A stretch of 64,000 bases of DNA from the human T2T-CHM13v2.0 reference genome, Homo sapiens. The DNA is taken from NCBI RefSeq assembly GCF_009914755.1, contig NC_060925.1; one strand, 5' to 3'. The notes beneath the pieces were generated by a model, which worked only from the letters and a program-made list of their open reading frames with translations, was not told where the DNA came from and did no database searches. Position numbers and translations under genes: made by a program. Within the stretch, counting starts at the first letter, position 1, and each line of letters begins with the position of its first letter. Positions 1-17,860 of the stretch are shown here, in pieces.

Positions 1-146
1 TAGGTAACATTTATCTTACTAATGTTTTAATTACATCTTATATTTTTAAGTCAGCATTTTTCATATTTTATTGGCCATTTAATTCTTCAACTGCTTGCTC
101 ATATCCTTTATCCACTTTTCTACTGGGTTAATCTTTTCCCTACTGA

Positions 147-446
<300 letters not shown>

Positions 447-1959
447 TAAGAGCTCTTTGGTTGTTAACCGCTGTCATATGACACAACAACAATTTCAACC
501 TTTTTACTCTGCTTGTGTGGAAGAGTATGTTAATACAAAGTTTTTATTATCGGTACAGGAAGGCAGAATATAATTATATTAATTATCAATGTAAAGTTTT
601 TAAAAATCCAAGATTCTTCCCATGTTCATAGAAATATGAAAAATACAGAAAAACAATGAAAGATTATTGAAGAAGAAATAGCATTGATCCAAATCACTCT
701 CCAAGTGGCCCAAGAATTATGAATTGTTTAATAATCTAACACCAAACTACTTTCCTTATTAGGCTCTAATTCTAGCCCATGATTAAAAAAACTTAAATAT
801 ACACTTAAAAATCAACTTAAGTATGATGCTCCCGACAGTATAATCTAGAGATATGTCATGATGCCTTAGTACTCTCTGAGCTTTCATTTCCCTTTTAGTG
901 AAGAATTGATAAAGTTATACTTTACAAATAAGAAATTCATCTGGTGAAACACATTATATTTTGAGCTGTCTAGCTCTGCTGTCAGAACAGAGATCTACAA
1001 TTTGTTAACCTCAGCTATAATCTTACCAGCACTGCACAACTCTTTCTTAGATTCCCAAGCAGGGCTCTGTATTTATATCACACACACCACTCCCACTGCA
1101 AACTTCATGAGGAAGACAGAGCAACCTCTCTCCACAAGGAGACTGGGGATCCTGAGCAGGTCTCAGCTTGATCCCCACCCAGGGAATTATACAACCTCAT
1201 TCTAGCCCATGCAAGGAAGTATCACTGTTAAGACAGATATTCTGACAGCTATGGCAAACTTGCTATATTATTAATATAATTCGTTGGAAGAGTCTGCAAT
1301 TCGGCATTAAAAACAAAAATACAAACAGAACAAAACACTTAGCTGCTTGACATTACAAACATACATTCTGGCACTTCTTGAGGCTCACTGAGCAGGTACT
1401 GCACTAGGCATGAGGATACAGAGATTAAAAGTAAAACATCTGTTTCAATTCCAGGGTCTAGAAGAGTTACGATTTAAATTCCTTAAGTTATTTTGGCACA
1501 AACAGTGTAATTATTATTTGTTTTAATGGACTAGAGGACATGAGTGAGAGGTTCCTGACATTCATCCTGGAGCACTTAGTTAACATGCAAGCCCAAGACT
1601 GGATATAAATAATCATCAGTAAATGAGGAAAGCTTGTAATCAAAAACCCTACTCCAGTGAGACAACTCAAGAAGCCTTATCTCATCTCAAAGCCAGAGAA
1701 TTTAGTAATTAACATAGTGGATATTAGAAATTATGACAGTATTAGAGAAGAATGGTACTCAAGAAAGGTGTTATGGCTACACACTGTATAGGGACCACTG
1801 CTCTTACATGAACATATACATGAATCTAGTTAATCTAATGGCCTACTATTAGGGACTGTACCCTGAGCCTTATGACTCCTGCTGGTTCTGTTAGTTCCCC
1901 ATAAAGGAATTCTGTTATTTGATTCCAATTAGGTTCAGCTGAATCCTAAAAGCACACTA

Positions 1960-2457
<498 letters not shown>

Positions 2458-2969
2458 TTAGAAGCTCGGTTCTGGGGGAAGAGATTTGTAACACTCATTT
2501 AACTGTAGCCTCCAAAGAACAGCAGTACCTCTCAATAAAAACCTAATACCCGTAAACAACTACTGGCTCAGGTCAGGTCACAACAGGCAAACAGTTATGC
2601 AAAGGCACACAGTACAGTGTAATAAACACCAGAACAGAGTCTTACTTACACAAAGTACCCAGACAGCAAAGACATAATTAACTTTGTCACGGGAATGGGG
2701 ATCAGAAAAGACTTTATAGAGAAAGTGACAAACGTGCAGAATTTTGAAAGACAAAAATAGAAGTTTTCCAGAGTAGAAGATTCTGTTCTGTACAGGGAAA
2801 AGAATATTTGCAAAAACAGAATCAATATGGTGCCTTGAGAGAAATGCAAATAGAAAAACTGTTGGAAGATGAAGTGCAGTGTGGAGCAATAGGGATGGGG
2901 CAGGACAGACAGGCAGGGGCAGCTCAAAAAGGCTCTCACTGACTCACTGGGGAACTTTACCTTACAGGC

Positions 2970-3150
2970 CAGTGTTGGCCAACTGTGTTCAGTAAGAATC
3001 GCTTGGGTTACTTCCTAAATTATGATGATTCTTATGCCCTCTGCTTGAAATTATGACTTATCAGGTATGGCATGAGGCCTGAGATCCCGTACTTTTTTTT
3101 CTTGACAATTATTCCTTCATAAGAGATCCTGTACTTTAAACAAGCACTTC
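2970..3150. mobile_element. MER5-like hAT MITE remnant
   Basis: cagtgttggccaactgtg...gaatcgcttgggttactt...gtactttaaacaagcac resembles MER5. Confidence 0.5.
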
Positions 3151-3435
3151 ATTGTAATTGGCAAAAAATCAAAAATAAAGAGTTTTGAATAATAAAATCA
3201 TTTTTCCATTTTACAAACATCACTCAATCTACTTGTAGAGGATGGCCCAGATGCCACGAAATAAAAGGTTATGGACACACTGCTAATAGATGAGAGTCAG
3301 AATAAAGGGGAGTGAGAATGGAAAGGACAGGGCAGCTTAGAGCAACAGTAAGAGTGTGAAACAGAAAGGATATGGTGCTGGCGAGAGAGAAAGAACTCAT
3401 TTAAAAAAAATTAAACCCTAAAAATATACACTATG

Positions 3436-4505
3436 TGTTCATTCAACAAATATTTTCTGAGCACCTACTATACGTCAGGCACTGTTCTAGATCTTGGGGA
3501 TACACTACTTAATAGAAAAGATACAAAGTTACTGCCTTCAGGGAACATTTATTCTAGCAGGAAAAGAAAGAGAAAAAATTAAGTCAATATATAGCATAAT
3601 ATAAGAAATGGCAGAAGACAAGCATTACGAAGAAAAAAAAAAACACGCAATAGGGAATATAATGCTAGAATGTAATTATTTATAGGGTGGTTGGTCAGGT
3701 AGGCCTGACTGAGAAGTTGACATTTAAGAAGAAATGAATGTTCCAGGCAGAAGGAATAAATGGTGCAAAGAATCAGGTGGCAATGGGCCTGGCATATCTG
3801 AGGAAAAAGAGGGTCAGTGTGACTGGAGAGGAGGGAGGAAAGCAGACAACAGCGTAAGATGAAGTCAGACAGGTAAGGGGTTGGGGACGCACATCATGGA
3901 GGGTTTTAGAGAACACTATAAAGATTAAGTCACCGGAAGGCACTGGGTAGTCTGGTTGCCATGTAGAGCAGGGGCTGGCAGACCACAGCCCACTGCCTGT
4001 TTTTATAAGTAAAGCTGTATTGGAATGCAACCACATTCATTCAATTACATATTCTCTATGGCTGCTTTTGTGCCCCAACTCCGGTCTAGCAGCTATGACA
4101 GAGACCGTGCAGGCCACAAAACCTAAATTTTTTACCATCTGGCCCTTGACATAAAAAGTCTGCCAAGTCCTGATGTGCAAAATAGACTGAAGGCTGGCAA
4201 GAGTGGAAGGCAGAAGAGTAGTTAGAAGGCTACCGCATAAATCAGGTGTGGTACAACGATCACTTGGACCACAGTGGTAGCAATGGAGGTGGTAAGAAGT
4301 GCTGGGATACTCATACTATCTTAAAGGCAGAATAAAGCAAGATGTCCAGAAAGACTGGTATGAGATATAAAAGAAGATGACTCTAAGGTTTTGGTTTAAG
4401 CAATAGGGAAAATGTAATTACCATAAACAGATGAAGACAGCATATGGTGCAGCCTGAGTCTGGACAATGGGAGAGATCAGGAGTTCAGTTTTGAACATGT
4501 TCAGT
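3436..4505 (-). mobile_element. L2 LINE remnant (interrupted by MER58A)
   Basis: L2 3' end signature ttcattcaacaaatattttctgagcacctacta...caggcactgttctag, followed by typical L2 body. Confidence 0.8.
3969..4172. mobile_element. MER58A hAT-Charlie MITE
   Basis: caggggctggcagac...aaagctgtattggaa...tctggcccttgacataaaaagtctgccaagtcctg. Confidence 0.8.
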
Positions 4506-5074
4506 TAGGGTATGTGTAAGGCATAGTGCTAGGAAGTGTGAGTAGAACAGAGAGGAAAACTGATCATTCCAACACAGATGACAATTAAAATGACCAGTCC
4601 ATGCGCTGACTACTTCACTGGGGAGAAGGTTGGGATCAGGAAGGACTATCTGAAAAATGAGTTTTGAAAGAGTATGAATTAGCCAGGTAAGGAAGGAGAG
4701 GGGGCATATTCCAGGAAGAGAAAAGGTCATGGTGTGTGTGTAGACACATGCTGTGTAAACTGCAAACAAGGGTGAACCTGACGTGTGAGTCAAGGAATGT
4801 GACAGGTAAGGCTGGACATAGCTCTGGCCCCTTCCCAAAAGCTTAGTAAGCCCCAATGATGAACTTGGGTTTTAGTGGGTAACAGGGAGCCACTGAAGAG
4901 GTTTAAACAAAGAAGTGACACATTCAGACTAGAGGTTTTCATTCACTTCGGTAGGTGACTGAGTGGCACCATTTTTGTAGTACAGCTATAAAGCAGTAAG
5001 TTGCTAAGACTGGCCAGAAAACATGTAAATCAGGCTCTTAAGAATTCAGTAACTGCAATAAAAAGGAGCTGATT

Positions 5075-5341
5075 TTTTTCTTTTTCTATTTTTGTTTTCC
5101 TGAGACACGGTCTTGCTCTGTTGCTGGAGTGCAGTGGCGTGATCATGGCTCAATGCAGCCTCAGCCTCCTGGGCTCCTGCCTCAGCCTCCTGAGTAGACT
5201 AGCTAATTTTTAAATTTTTTATAGAGACAGGGTCTTACTTACTATGTTGCCCAGCTGGCCTCGGACTTCTGGACTCAAGTGATCTGCCTGCCTTGGCCTC
5301 CCAAAGTGCTGGAATTACAGGCACGAACCACCATGCCCGGC
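5075..5341 (-). mobile_element. AluJ with internal deletions
   Basis: Alu consensus blocks with missing segments. Confidence 0.85.
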
Positions 5342-6099
5342 TGGTTTTTTTTTTCAATAATAGCGTAACTCCCTTTGTAGGCAGATAACCAAACACTTCT
5401 GAAAAGTTTTTTTGTGGCATGATGGACAAAGATTCAAGTCACAACTTTCATCAGAGTACAAGTTCTATTTGTATAGAACTCTAGTTCACAGCATTTACAA
5501 ATAATTATCTCATTTCAATTCTGCAACAACTCCATGAGGTATTCAGAGAAATGACTATCTCCATTTTACAAATAATTTTATCTAGTCTTGTTTTAAGAGC
5601 TGAAGTGTTTAATCTTTGCATCCATACCACTGCGGGAGAGTGTGGTTAATGTAAGGACAAGATCCAGTCTTAGAAAATAATGATGAGTCTGTTTCATCTA
5701 ACATTAACCTCATTCTACTTTTATCACTTTGAATTAGTTTAATGTTATTTGTTTTTTCACATCATTCTTAGAAAAGTTACTTAATTATTTATATATTGCC
5801 ACACCTAAACACACTCATTTTTTTTTCTGGGTTTCCCCAACCAGACTGTAGACTCCAACAGAGGATGAACCAGCTCTTATTTATTCTTGTACTCCTAGTG
5901 CCAAACACAGGCACTCAAATATCTACTGAATAAATCAATTAATGATTTACCTTGAGAGAACAGAGATGATAGATTAGACAGATAAAGAAGAGTAACATAA
6001 ACATCTTTAATACAATTTTAAAACAGAAGGTGGGTTTTACCATCCATTGCTAAAGATTGATAGAAGTACTGCTAGCTTGTAAAAATATATATACATATA

Positions 6100-6382
6100 T
6101 TTTAGACACAAGGTCTCATTCTGTCACTTAGGCTAGGGCGCAGTGGCTTGGATCATAGCTCACTACAACCTCAAACTCCTGAGTGGGAGTAATCCTCCTG
6201 CCTCAGCCTCCTGAACAGCTCTACAGGTGTGCACCATCACACCCAGCTAATTTTTTAAAATGTTTTGTACAGATGAGGTCTCGCTATGTTGCCCAGGGTG
6301 GTCTCAAACTCCTGGCCTCACGCAATCCTCCTGCCTCAGCCTCCCAAAGCACTGAGACTACAGGTGTGAGCCCCTGTGGCTA
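6100..6382 (-). mobile_element. AluJ
   Basis: Diverged Alu dimer. Confidence 0.85.
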
Positions 6383-6451
6383 GTCAAAAAAAAAAAAATT
6401 GAAGTTTGACAACTTGCCATTTGCATGAGATGTCAAAATAACACCGGCATG

Positions 6452-6483
6452 CTATATATGTATACACACACACACACACACAC
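6452..6483. repeat. (TA)n(CA)n microsatellite
   Basis: tatatatgtata followed by a CA run. Confidence 0.85.
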
Positions 6484-6568
6484 CCCCCTAATTAAATAAA
6501 GACAGAATACTAAATTATGCCTACAGATGGTTTTCATTCAGTACCATGTGTTTTTATTTTGGCCCTAG

Positions 6569-6885
<317 letters not shown>

Positions 6886-7694
6886 GCAACTTATTTTTAA
6901 GGATGTTTAAGTATACCTAGTGAGTGGTTTAGAAAAACAGACTGAGTACAAGATTTTCATAACAACTATTAAGAAGTCAAGTTCTCTATATCCTTACATC
7001 CCATCAATATCTGTCAGGCATACTGTCAGTAACTACCAATATCCAATCTCTCTCTCAAATGCTTGTTCCCACCACCCACCAGAACATCCATCTATACCAC
7101 TCTTCTGCCTCTCACCTATTCTTCAGTCACCTGTTTCTTTGATCCACAGTTTTCTGGTGGCCCAGGCTTAATCTTTATGTCACAATGTTTGCTGAACCTG
7201 TTAAGTGATCTACCCTGCTCATCTGATCAATATCATTGTATGTAAATCTACTGTAGGCAGATCTTTACAGATTGCTATACACTATTACATCTAAATGTCT
7301 TGTTGACAAAAGAGGAAGTTTATTTTGGTTGTAGAGGGTGTTAGAACCCAGTGACTCTAAGCAAAGTGATTGATGGGCCATAAAACAAAAATTGAGTACC
7401 ACTGCTAAAGGATATGACTAATTTAAAGAGAATGTTGCAAGAAGTCTAAGGACAGAGGATGGAGGCCTCACATTTGTAATTAAATTGAGAGAACTGTAAG
7501 AAAATTAAGAGGGAAGAACCAACTAGATACATTTTTTAAAATCTTGAAAAATATTCTCACATATGTGGTTGATAAGACGGTGAAATGTGAGCTGGGCAAA
7601 CTAACATTAATAGTTAGTTTCTCTATGAATCCTACATCCAGGCCTCTCTGCCAGCCTGCCAGGAGGTTCTACTATCTCTAGCCTGTAGCTAGTG

Positions 7695-8182
<488 letters not shown>

Positions 8183-8894
8183 AGCTAGTCTATATTTTTA
8201 TCAATGATTTTGAGTCACACAAATAAAGGAATCTTATTAATGTAACCTTTCTCAATAGGAAAATATACAGCTCATACAAAGCTGGGAAAAGTAGCCAATA
8301 TCACAAATAAAAGAAAGAAGATTCAATGTGATCTCAATTGAATCAACATGATGAATTCTAATAAAGTTAAAAATAAATCCTACTTTCAAAATGGCAAAAA
8401 TCAACCATACTATACAGAAGTAATAACCAGCAGCATTTACTGACAAATTACTATGTGTTAATAACTTTACATTTATTCTTTCACTTAATCTTTACAATCC
8501 CTGGAAGGCAGGTTTTATTCTCATCTTGCAGAGTAAACTATAAAATGAGGGTAAGACAGCTTGGCAGAATAGAGATCTTTGAAGCTTGTATCCATTTCTG
8601 GGGACACATTAGAGGGCGAACGTTGACAAAATGAAAAAAAATTTTTTTTTAAAGAAAAGTGGCCAAAATAGTGACAGCAATATCCAGCGAGTAACAGTGG
8701 CAATAAATGAGTAGGTTTAGCCTGGAGAAGACACATTCCTCATGGACTGTAATCTCTGGAGTACAGGGACCAAGTCAGATAAATATACCACATCTTATGT
8801 AGCACCTTCTAGTTTGTAAAACTGCTTTTCACCTTCACAAAAGAGAGCATGAAGTAAAAGGAAGAACACAAAGATTAAGAACAGTGGGGCTCTG

Positions 8895-9292
<398 letters not shown>

Positions 9293-10080
9293 TTATTCAA
9301 CTTCTCTGTACCTAACTACCCTTGTCTGTTAAGTGAAAATAACAATAGTATACCACATGCAAAGCTAATAAACTAGTACATAAAAATGCTTAAAACAGTG
9401 TCTGGTGCACTTTTTAAAAATAATGTGTATGGTAGGTATGACTAATGGCTGTGGACCTTGGGGAAGTCCCAAGCCTTCAGCGCTGTTTCCTCACTTGAAA
9501 AATTAGGGTATCACTATCTACCTCACAGGGGTATGAATCAAATAAGACAATACAGGAAAATGTTCCATAAGTCTTAATTCCTTCCTTCTTTCATAAACTC
9601 TAAGAGAGTCTACTATGTGCCACGTACTATGCTAAGTTTAATCTTTATAGTCTCAATCCTCACCACAACTGTGTAAATGTCTACTACTATTATTCTCATT
9701 TTGTAGACAAAGAAATGCGGCTTAGAATGGCTAACTTAACTGAGGTCATGCTCCTAAGTGGTCAGATAGACTGTGAACCCAAGGTTGTTGGACTCTATAT
9801 TCCAGTTTTGGGCCTCCATATATGCACATTCCCTCATGTACACATCTTTGCAGCTAACCACATGCCTAGTAAAATGCCTGATAGATTGAAGCGATTCAAT
9901 AAATGTTCCTTTAATCAAATAAATGAATGTTGTCTGTCTTCAAGTTGCTAATACCGTTTTGAGGAAAGAAGAGCATAAGGCAGCACAGGCAGAAATGCCT
10001 GTCCTTGCTCCACTACTTCTAAATGATGGTGAGATCTTAGACGCTATCATTTGGGCCTGGATTATCTTTACTATTATTAA

Positions 10081-10487
<407 letters not shown>

Positions 10488-11232
10488 TAAAATAAGGAAC
10501 CTGGACTATGCTATCTTCCAATCTAGCTCTAAGACTATACATCCATAAGGCAGTGCTTCTGATCTAGCAGAGATTTAAAATAAAAACACTAGAATTTTAA
10601 AAGTGGAAAAGATCATAAAGGTCTGGCCCAAACTCTTTAGAGAGGGGAATCCCAAAGGACAAAAAGGGGTCTCCTGATTTCCAATCCTGCACTGCTTCCT
10701 TTATGACGACACAGATCAGACATTTCAGACAGGATTAAAAAAATATAATTGGCACCGCAGAGCCCCAAATCATGAAAACCAAAATAAAATGGTACTCGGT
10801 AACTTTTATTAGTCTAAAAACTCAAACTCTGTTACAAAACATATGGTTTTAATGCTTAAAATACGCATCTTAAAAATAAGAGCACATGAGACTATCTTTT
10901 TATTTTTGTGAATAACCAATTTGAATAAGTAAACAGGACAACCTCAGAATAAATTATTTTGAAAATACAAGCCTTAAAAACACACTATTAGCTTTTTATA
11001 AAAAAGCGTTTATAGAAATACTAGATAAGATTTTGAAACTATTATTACAAAGACTAAACAAAGATTAACAAAAATATTTCCATAATCTCTACAGATATAC
11101 TAAAAATGAAATAATCCAACTAGAATTTTACATATTCAAGTATGGTATAAGAAGTTTAAAAAAACAAAAGAGTTCTAGGACCAGAGTGGCTAAACATAAA
11201 AAGCCACTTATAAGATTAAAATATAAAGCACA

Positions 11233-11560
<328 letters not shown>

Positions 11561-12044
11561 TTAAGAGAAAAACTAAGAACTTAATTTTAAAAATTTTCCA
11601 CTATAATACTTAAAGTAAATGCTATTTAAGTCATATTAACAATTATTTATTAAGCATACTATGTAGAAAAATTGGTGGCCCAGGTCTGTCTGATTCACTA
11701 TATGCTGTCAACCAGTGTAACTAGACAAAATGTGAAAACTACAATGAGAAAATTACAAGTAAAATGTTATGGTGGTAATAGAGAGGGTGAGGTATGGAGC
11801 TGTCCAGCCTGAATTCAAATCTCAGCTCTACCACTTCCTAGCTGTATTTGGAAATAATGACAGTATACACTTCAAAAACCTATGGTGAGGATAAACAATA
11901 GAATACATGTAAAAGACTAGCATAGCACCTGGTACCTAGTAAGCATCTAACAAATGTCACTTATTTTCATCATTACTGACAGTCTCATAATCTTTATCTT
12001 CATCCTCAAGCAGTCACAGGTGAGATTTTTCATCCCTGTCCACG

Positions 12045-12565
12045 TGTGGACAAGCAGCTTTTGTTTGCCTGGCATCCATTCCCCTTCTTCTCTTTCCAGG
12101 TGCCTCATTTACTTGGGAAAGCCTGACCTGTAGTCCTCAGTTCTCACCCCTAGGTGAGGTTCACTCTCTACCCTCCAGGGTGGACATGTGGCTCAAGCCT
12201 GGCCAGAAGTTGGTTCAGAAATGGGCAAAGGGCCTAAGCCAATCAGAGGCAACTCCAGGATTTTTGTCAAAGCCCTTGGTAAAGAGCAGCTCTCTTTCTG
12301 TATGTATCTCCATGATGTAATGCTGAAACTATTAGGGCCATCTTGTTGTCATATCAGGGAGCTTACAAGAGAATAACTAATATAGAAAAGAAAAGCTGAG
12401 AGATCAAGTTTTGATAATATTGTTTGAGCCCTTGGTTCCAACTCTGCCAGTCAATCAGCAGACCCATAGGTAAGGACCAATACATTTTGTTCTGGTTTGC
12501 TTAAGCTCATTTGAAAGATTTTTGTTTTGTTTCGGTTATTTGCATCTGAGAAGCTCTATAACACG
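12045..12565 (+). mobile_element. Old MaLR LTR (MLT1J/K-like)
   Basis: ggccagaagttggttcag...ccaatcaga...gcttaagc...gttatttgcatc pattern. Confidence 0.6.
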
Positions 12566-13597
12566 TCAGGTATCAATCAAGAGCCAGAAGCTGGTGACCT
12601 AAAATATAGTAGAGCTTAGAAGGGCATGGATTTGGAATCGGAGAGATCTAGTTCCTAATCTTGTTTCTAACAATTACTAGCTGCGTGGCCCTGGGCATGT
12701 GTCTAATCCTACTTCTTCATCTGTAAAATGGCTTAATACCTGCCTCAAAGGGTTGATGAGAGGATAAATGACAATATAAACTGCTCAGTCTTCTTCATAA
12801 CAATGAACAATCAATAGAGGCTATTATTATATCACTGAATCCCAAGCTGATCTTTGTATCTGACCTCTTATATTCCATGTCCCTGTTTCCAGTGGTATAA
12901 ACAGCCATCTTTACCTACATACTCTCCTATCCAACCTCAAATTCAACATTTCCAAATCTCATCCTGCCTCCATGCTTCCTCATCACACCCTCTGCCTTTC
13001 CCTTTCAGAAAAAAAAATGCTCACTGGAGGCCAATTTATCATCAATTATTAACTATGTTCCCAGTAGGTTTTAATATCAGAACAGTAGGAGTCATCCTAG
13101 ACTGAAACTTCTTTCCTGTTATCTAATCAGTCACAAAGCCCTGTTAAATATCTGCAGCCTGACAGGAAAGAATTTTCCTCTCCCTGTGGATAAAAACAAG
13201 GGCAGGATTCTTCCAACTTCAGGATATGTAGCCTTTTCATTGGCTTGCAAGGAGAACTCCAATCCTTCTACTCCTTTTTCTCATCTCATCCTCCTTGTGG
13301 CTTCATTTCTTTTCATATTCAGGATAGATTTTTGCTAGCTTATTTTTTCATTAACCTCAAGCTGCAAATCAACAAACGTAGACTAATCCAATTTATTGCA
13401 GTTCCCACACCCAAGCTACTAGCACCACTGGAAAAAGTTATAATTATGCAGATTGACACCACTAAAAGTTGTCTCTGACCTCACCTGGACCTTCAGAACT
13501 CCTTGGCAATTTCTGTATTTCTGGTCAGGTTTGTTGATGTTCCTCAAAATGGTTATTTCAAATCTCCATTGCTCACCTCTCTCAGCCATTATTTTAG

Positions 13598-13915
<318 letters not shown>

Positions 13916-14524
13916 AGTCCCAATTTTCTTATTCACTAGATGGAGATATTTTCTATGTACTTACCTGAGATAATTAAGGCAAACAAGCAAAAACTTCCTC
14001 AACTTTTCACCCCCAGATTTCTAAATTTATCTAAATAAATAACCCTTGTCATCTCATTTCCCTCAATCAGAATGGCTAGGATGCGGGAAAGTACACAATA
14101 TAGTGATGGAATAAATAAAAGGAAGAGACATTCTTTCTCCTATATAAGGCCAATCCTGCCTCCTATAGTGCCTCTGAAATTTTAATATGCATACAAATCA
14201 CCTAGGGATAGTGTTAAAATGCATATTCTGATTCAGGAGGTCTGGAGTGGGGAATAACGTTCTTCATGTCTTCCAACAAACCAGTGTTGGTTTGGGAGCA
14301 ATATTTAGAGAAAACAGATTCCATCCTTTCTCACCTCCTCAGAGATCTTTTACTCTAAGTCAACATTTGTTGCTTCTTTATCAGCTGCTCCCTCCCCCAA
14401 CATACAACATATCTGTCTCTTTTATTTTAAAATAAATGCTCCTTTGTTCCTCTTTTAGCTACCGCCCAATCATCTAGGCTCTCTTTGGCTCCACAGACAA
14501 GTTTCTATGAAGAAGTCCTATGTC

Positions 14525-14968
14525 AACGGTTCCAAACTTTCTTGGCTCAAAGAATCTTTAGTGTCTCAGTGATCTTGCAGGGTAAACCTCGGCCAAAAGA
14601 AGTATCTAACAACTGTAGTTGCCTCCGTTAAGCAGTAAGAGCCAAACCACTTAGTAAGTATTTTAAGTTCTAAAAACTGGATGCCTGTTGGGCACTGCAT
14701 ACTTTTCAAACTCTGGACTCAGATTGAACACTGACAGCCTCATTTCCTGTTCCACACTGATTTTCAGGCAGTACTTGCTTTTTATCAGAGCAAGCACTGA
14801 AAATCCAGCTTCCCAAAGGTATGACATCACTGAAAGGAATGCAGTGATCTAATACAGCAATCTAATGACGCCAGTGTATTTCCCTTGAAATTTAAAAATA
14901 TTCCATGGCACCCTTGCAAGTTAGCTACAGTGCTCTGGGATACATCGATGAACAATTTGGGATACTGA
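14525..14968. mobile_element. MER119-like hAT-Charlie element
   Basis: Starts caacggttccaaactttcttggctca...ttagtgtctcagt...ggccaaaagaagta and ends aatttgggatactg. Confidence 0.7.
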
Positions 14969-14971
14969 GTT

Positions 14972-15140
14972 CAGGTGGCTGTCAGAACGGCAGCATCCCC
15001 ATTGCTTGGGAGGTTGTTGGAAATGTAGAATCTGGGCATCCATGCCAGACCTACTGATTCAGAATCTCCACTTTAACAAGATCTCCAAGTGATCTCCCAG
15101 TGACTCATAGACACATTAATGTAGACCAGAAGTGCTGGTC
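14972..15140. mobile_element. MER5A MITE
   Basis: gcagcatc...ttggaaatgtagaatct...ccagacctactgattcagaatct...ttaacaagatc. Confidence 0.7.
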
Positions 15141-15442
15141 TAAGGTCCCTGCTTACGTTTTCTCACATACCACTCACACCCAACGCACCGCTTTCTGACT
15201 TTGCTCCCACAACTCCAGTGAAATTACCCCAGGAAAAGTCCCAAATTACCCCACTCCTTTAAAAAGAAAAAAAAAAAAGGCAATAAATGTCTTTTAGTTC
15301 CAATCCTAATTAACCCTCTCTATAGTGTTTGGTACTATTCATCTTCTTGAACCTCTATTATTTCTTGGTCTCTAAAACACCCCCGTCTTCTGGTTTTCTT
15401 CCTTTTCTTTCAATACACATCCCCACCCCCTTCCTCTACTGA

Positions 15443-15796
<354 letters not shown>

Positions 15797-16652
15797 TGAG
15801 CAAATACCCTTGCTATAGACAACTTTTCCTCTGGAGAATTACATTCAATCTCATGCCCACCCCAGTAAGTCGAGGTTGCTCTCCAGAGCCTTAAGTCATA
15901 TAAAACCAATTTCCATCTGGATGTCCACAAGCAAAGCAAACTTAACAGTTCCAAAGCAATTTATTTGTCTGTCTTCCCTGGCCTTCACATTACTCTTCTT
16001 CATGTATTATTTCCTTTACTGAGTGGCATCCTTGTTCAACCAGTCTCCCTACGGAAACTTAGAACTATCATCCTTGACTCATCCTTCTCCATTTCCCTTG
16101 CCCTACACAATCAATCAAATCAAACCTTCTTGCTATGTCTCTAATCTGTATAACTCTCTCTACCTCCAATACCTACATCTTAAAAGAAGCTCTTATCTTT
16201 TGCTTCAATTCCTGTTAACAGTCTTCTTATCTATCTCCCTCCCTCCAGAATTGCCATGCCCTTCTCCAAACTATTCTCCACACTCCATTCAAGTTAGTTT
16301 TCTAAAATTAAAATCTGATGTCACTGCCCTCCTCTAAATCCTTCCATAGCTCCCAATGCCTAGCAGTGCTTCTCAAGCTTATCCAACAAATGGCAGAAGA
16401 GTTTGTAGTTACAGATCTAAGAGGTTCGCTACAAACAAGACATTTCTTGCAAGGCTGTTTCATTTTAAATAGTCATCTTGATTTTATATTCTATTCCTTG
16501 GGTGGCCACTTATGTTATTAAAAGAATGTTTTAAATCAATATAAATCAAACTACTTAACTTTTTCTCCACAATAACTGAGTAAAATTACGTTCAAGGAAG
16601 ACACACTGGTTACCTGTGGCTTCAAATATCCCTTGGCACAATGCCACTAGAC

Positions 16653-16862
16653 CAGGGATTGACAAACTATAGCCTGCAGGCCAAATATGGCCTACCACTG
16701 ATTTTTGTAAATAAAATTTTACTGGAACACAGTCAAGCTCAATCTACTGTCTATGGCTACTTTCAAATTACAATAGCAGAGTTGAGTAGTTGCAACAGAG
16801 ACCATGTAGCCCACAGCCTAAAATATTTATGATCTGGCCCTTTGGGAGTCACCTGACCCCTG
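16653..16862. mobile_element. MER58A
   Basis: cagggattgacaaactatagcctgcaggccaaat...tctggcccttt...gacccctg (terminal inverted repeats). Confidence 0.85.
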
Positions 16863-17510
16863 CATCAAAACATGAGGATTGTTAAGGCTAGAACTGTGTT
16901 TTGTCTTTATGTCTTCAGCACAGTTCTACAGAAGGTATTCAAAAATATTTAACTTAATAAATTAGAATGTTGCAAGAAGATCTCCAAGGGCACATAAGGA
17001 AAGTGTCCACAAAGCTGATACAGAATGCACCTAAACCCTAAGGAGAAATATACAGGGGCCAAATAGAAATGTTCCTTCATCAGTCAGTGAAATCTGAAAG
17101 GCTGAGATAAGACAGATGAAATGGAATACTACTACACAGAGGTCAAAGCAGGTTCTGAAGAAACTGATAAGCCCATCAGACCTAAAGCTACCTCCCCAAA
17201 GAACCACAGTATATAGGACTGTATTGATAACACATGCACCTAGTAGCATCTAAGAAAGAGTCAGGAACTACTATTCAGGGCAAATGCTATGAGAATTATT
17301 TCTGGAATCTTTGTAATTGCATAATTTGTACTTCTCCAAATGATGAGAACCAAAACACTTAAAACCGAAATATTTTAGATGACAGTAGGAAAATAGGGAG
17401 CTAAAAGTTCATTCTACCTTGCAGTCAATATCTCAAAAAGATAATTAGTTCAAGAAATACTAGAAGGAATGGTAATTTAAAAGGAAAGAAAGAAAGAAAG
17501 GTAGGAAGGG

Positions 17511-17860
<350 letters not shown>

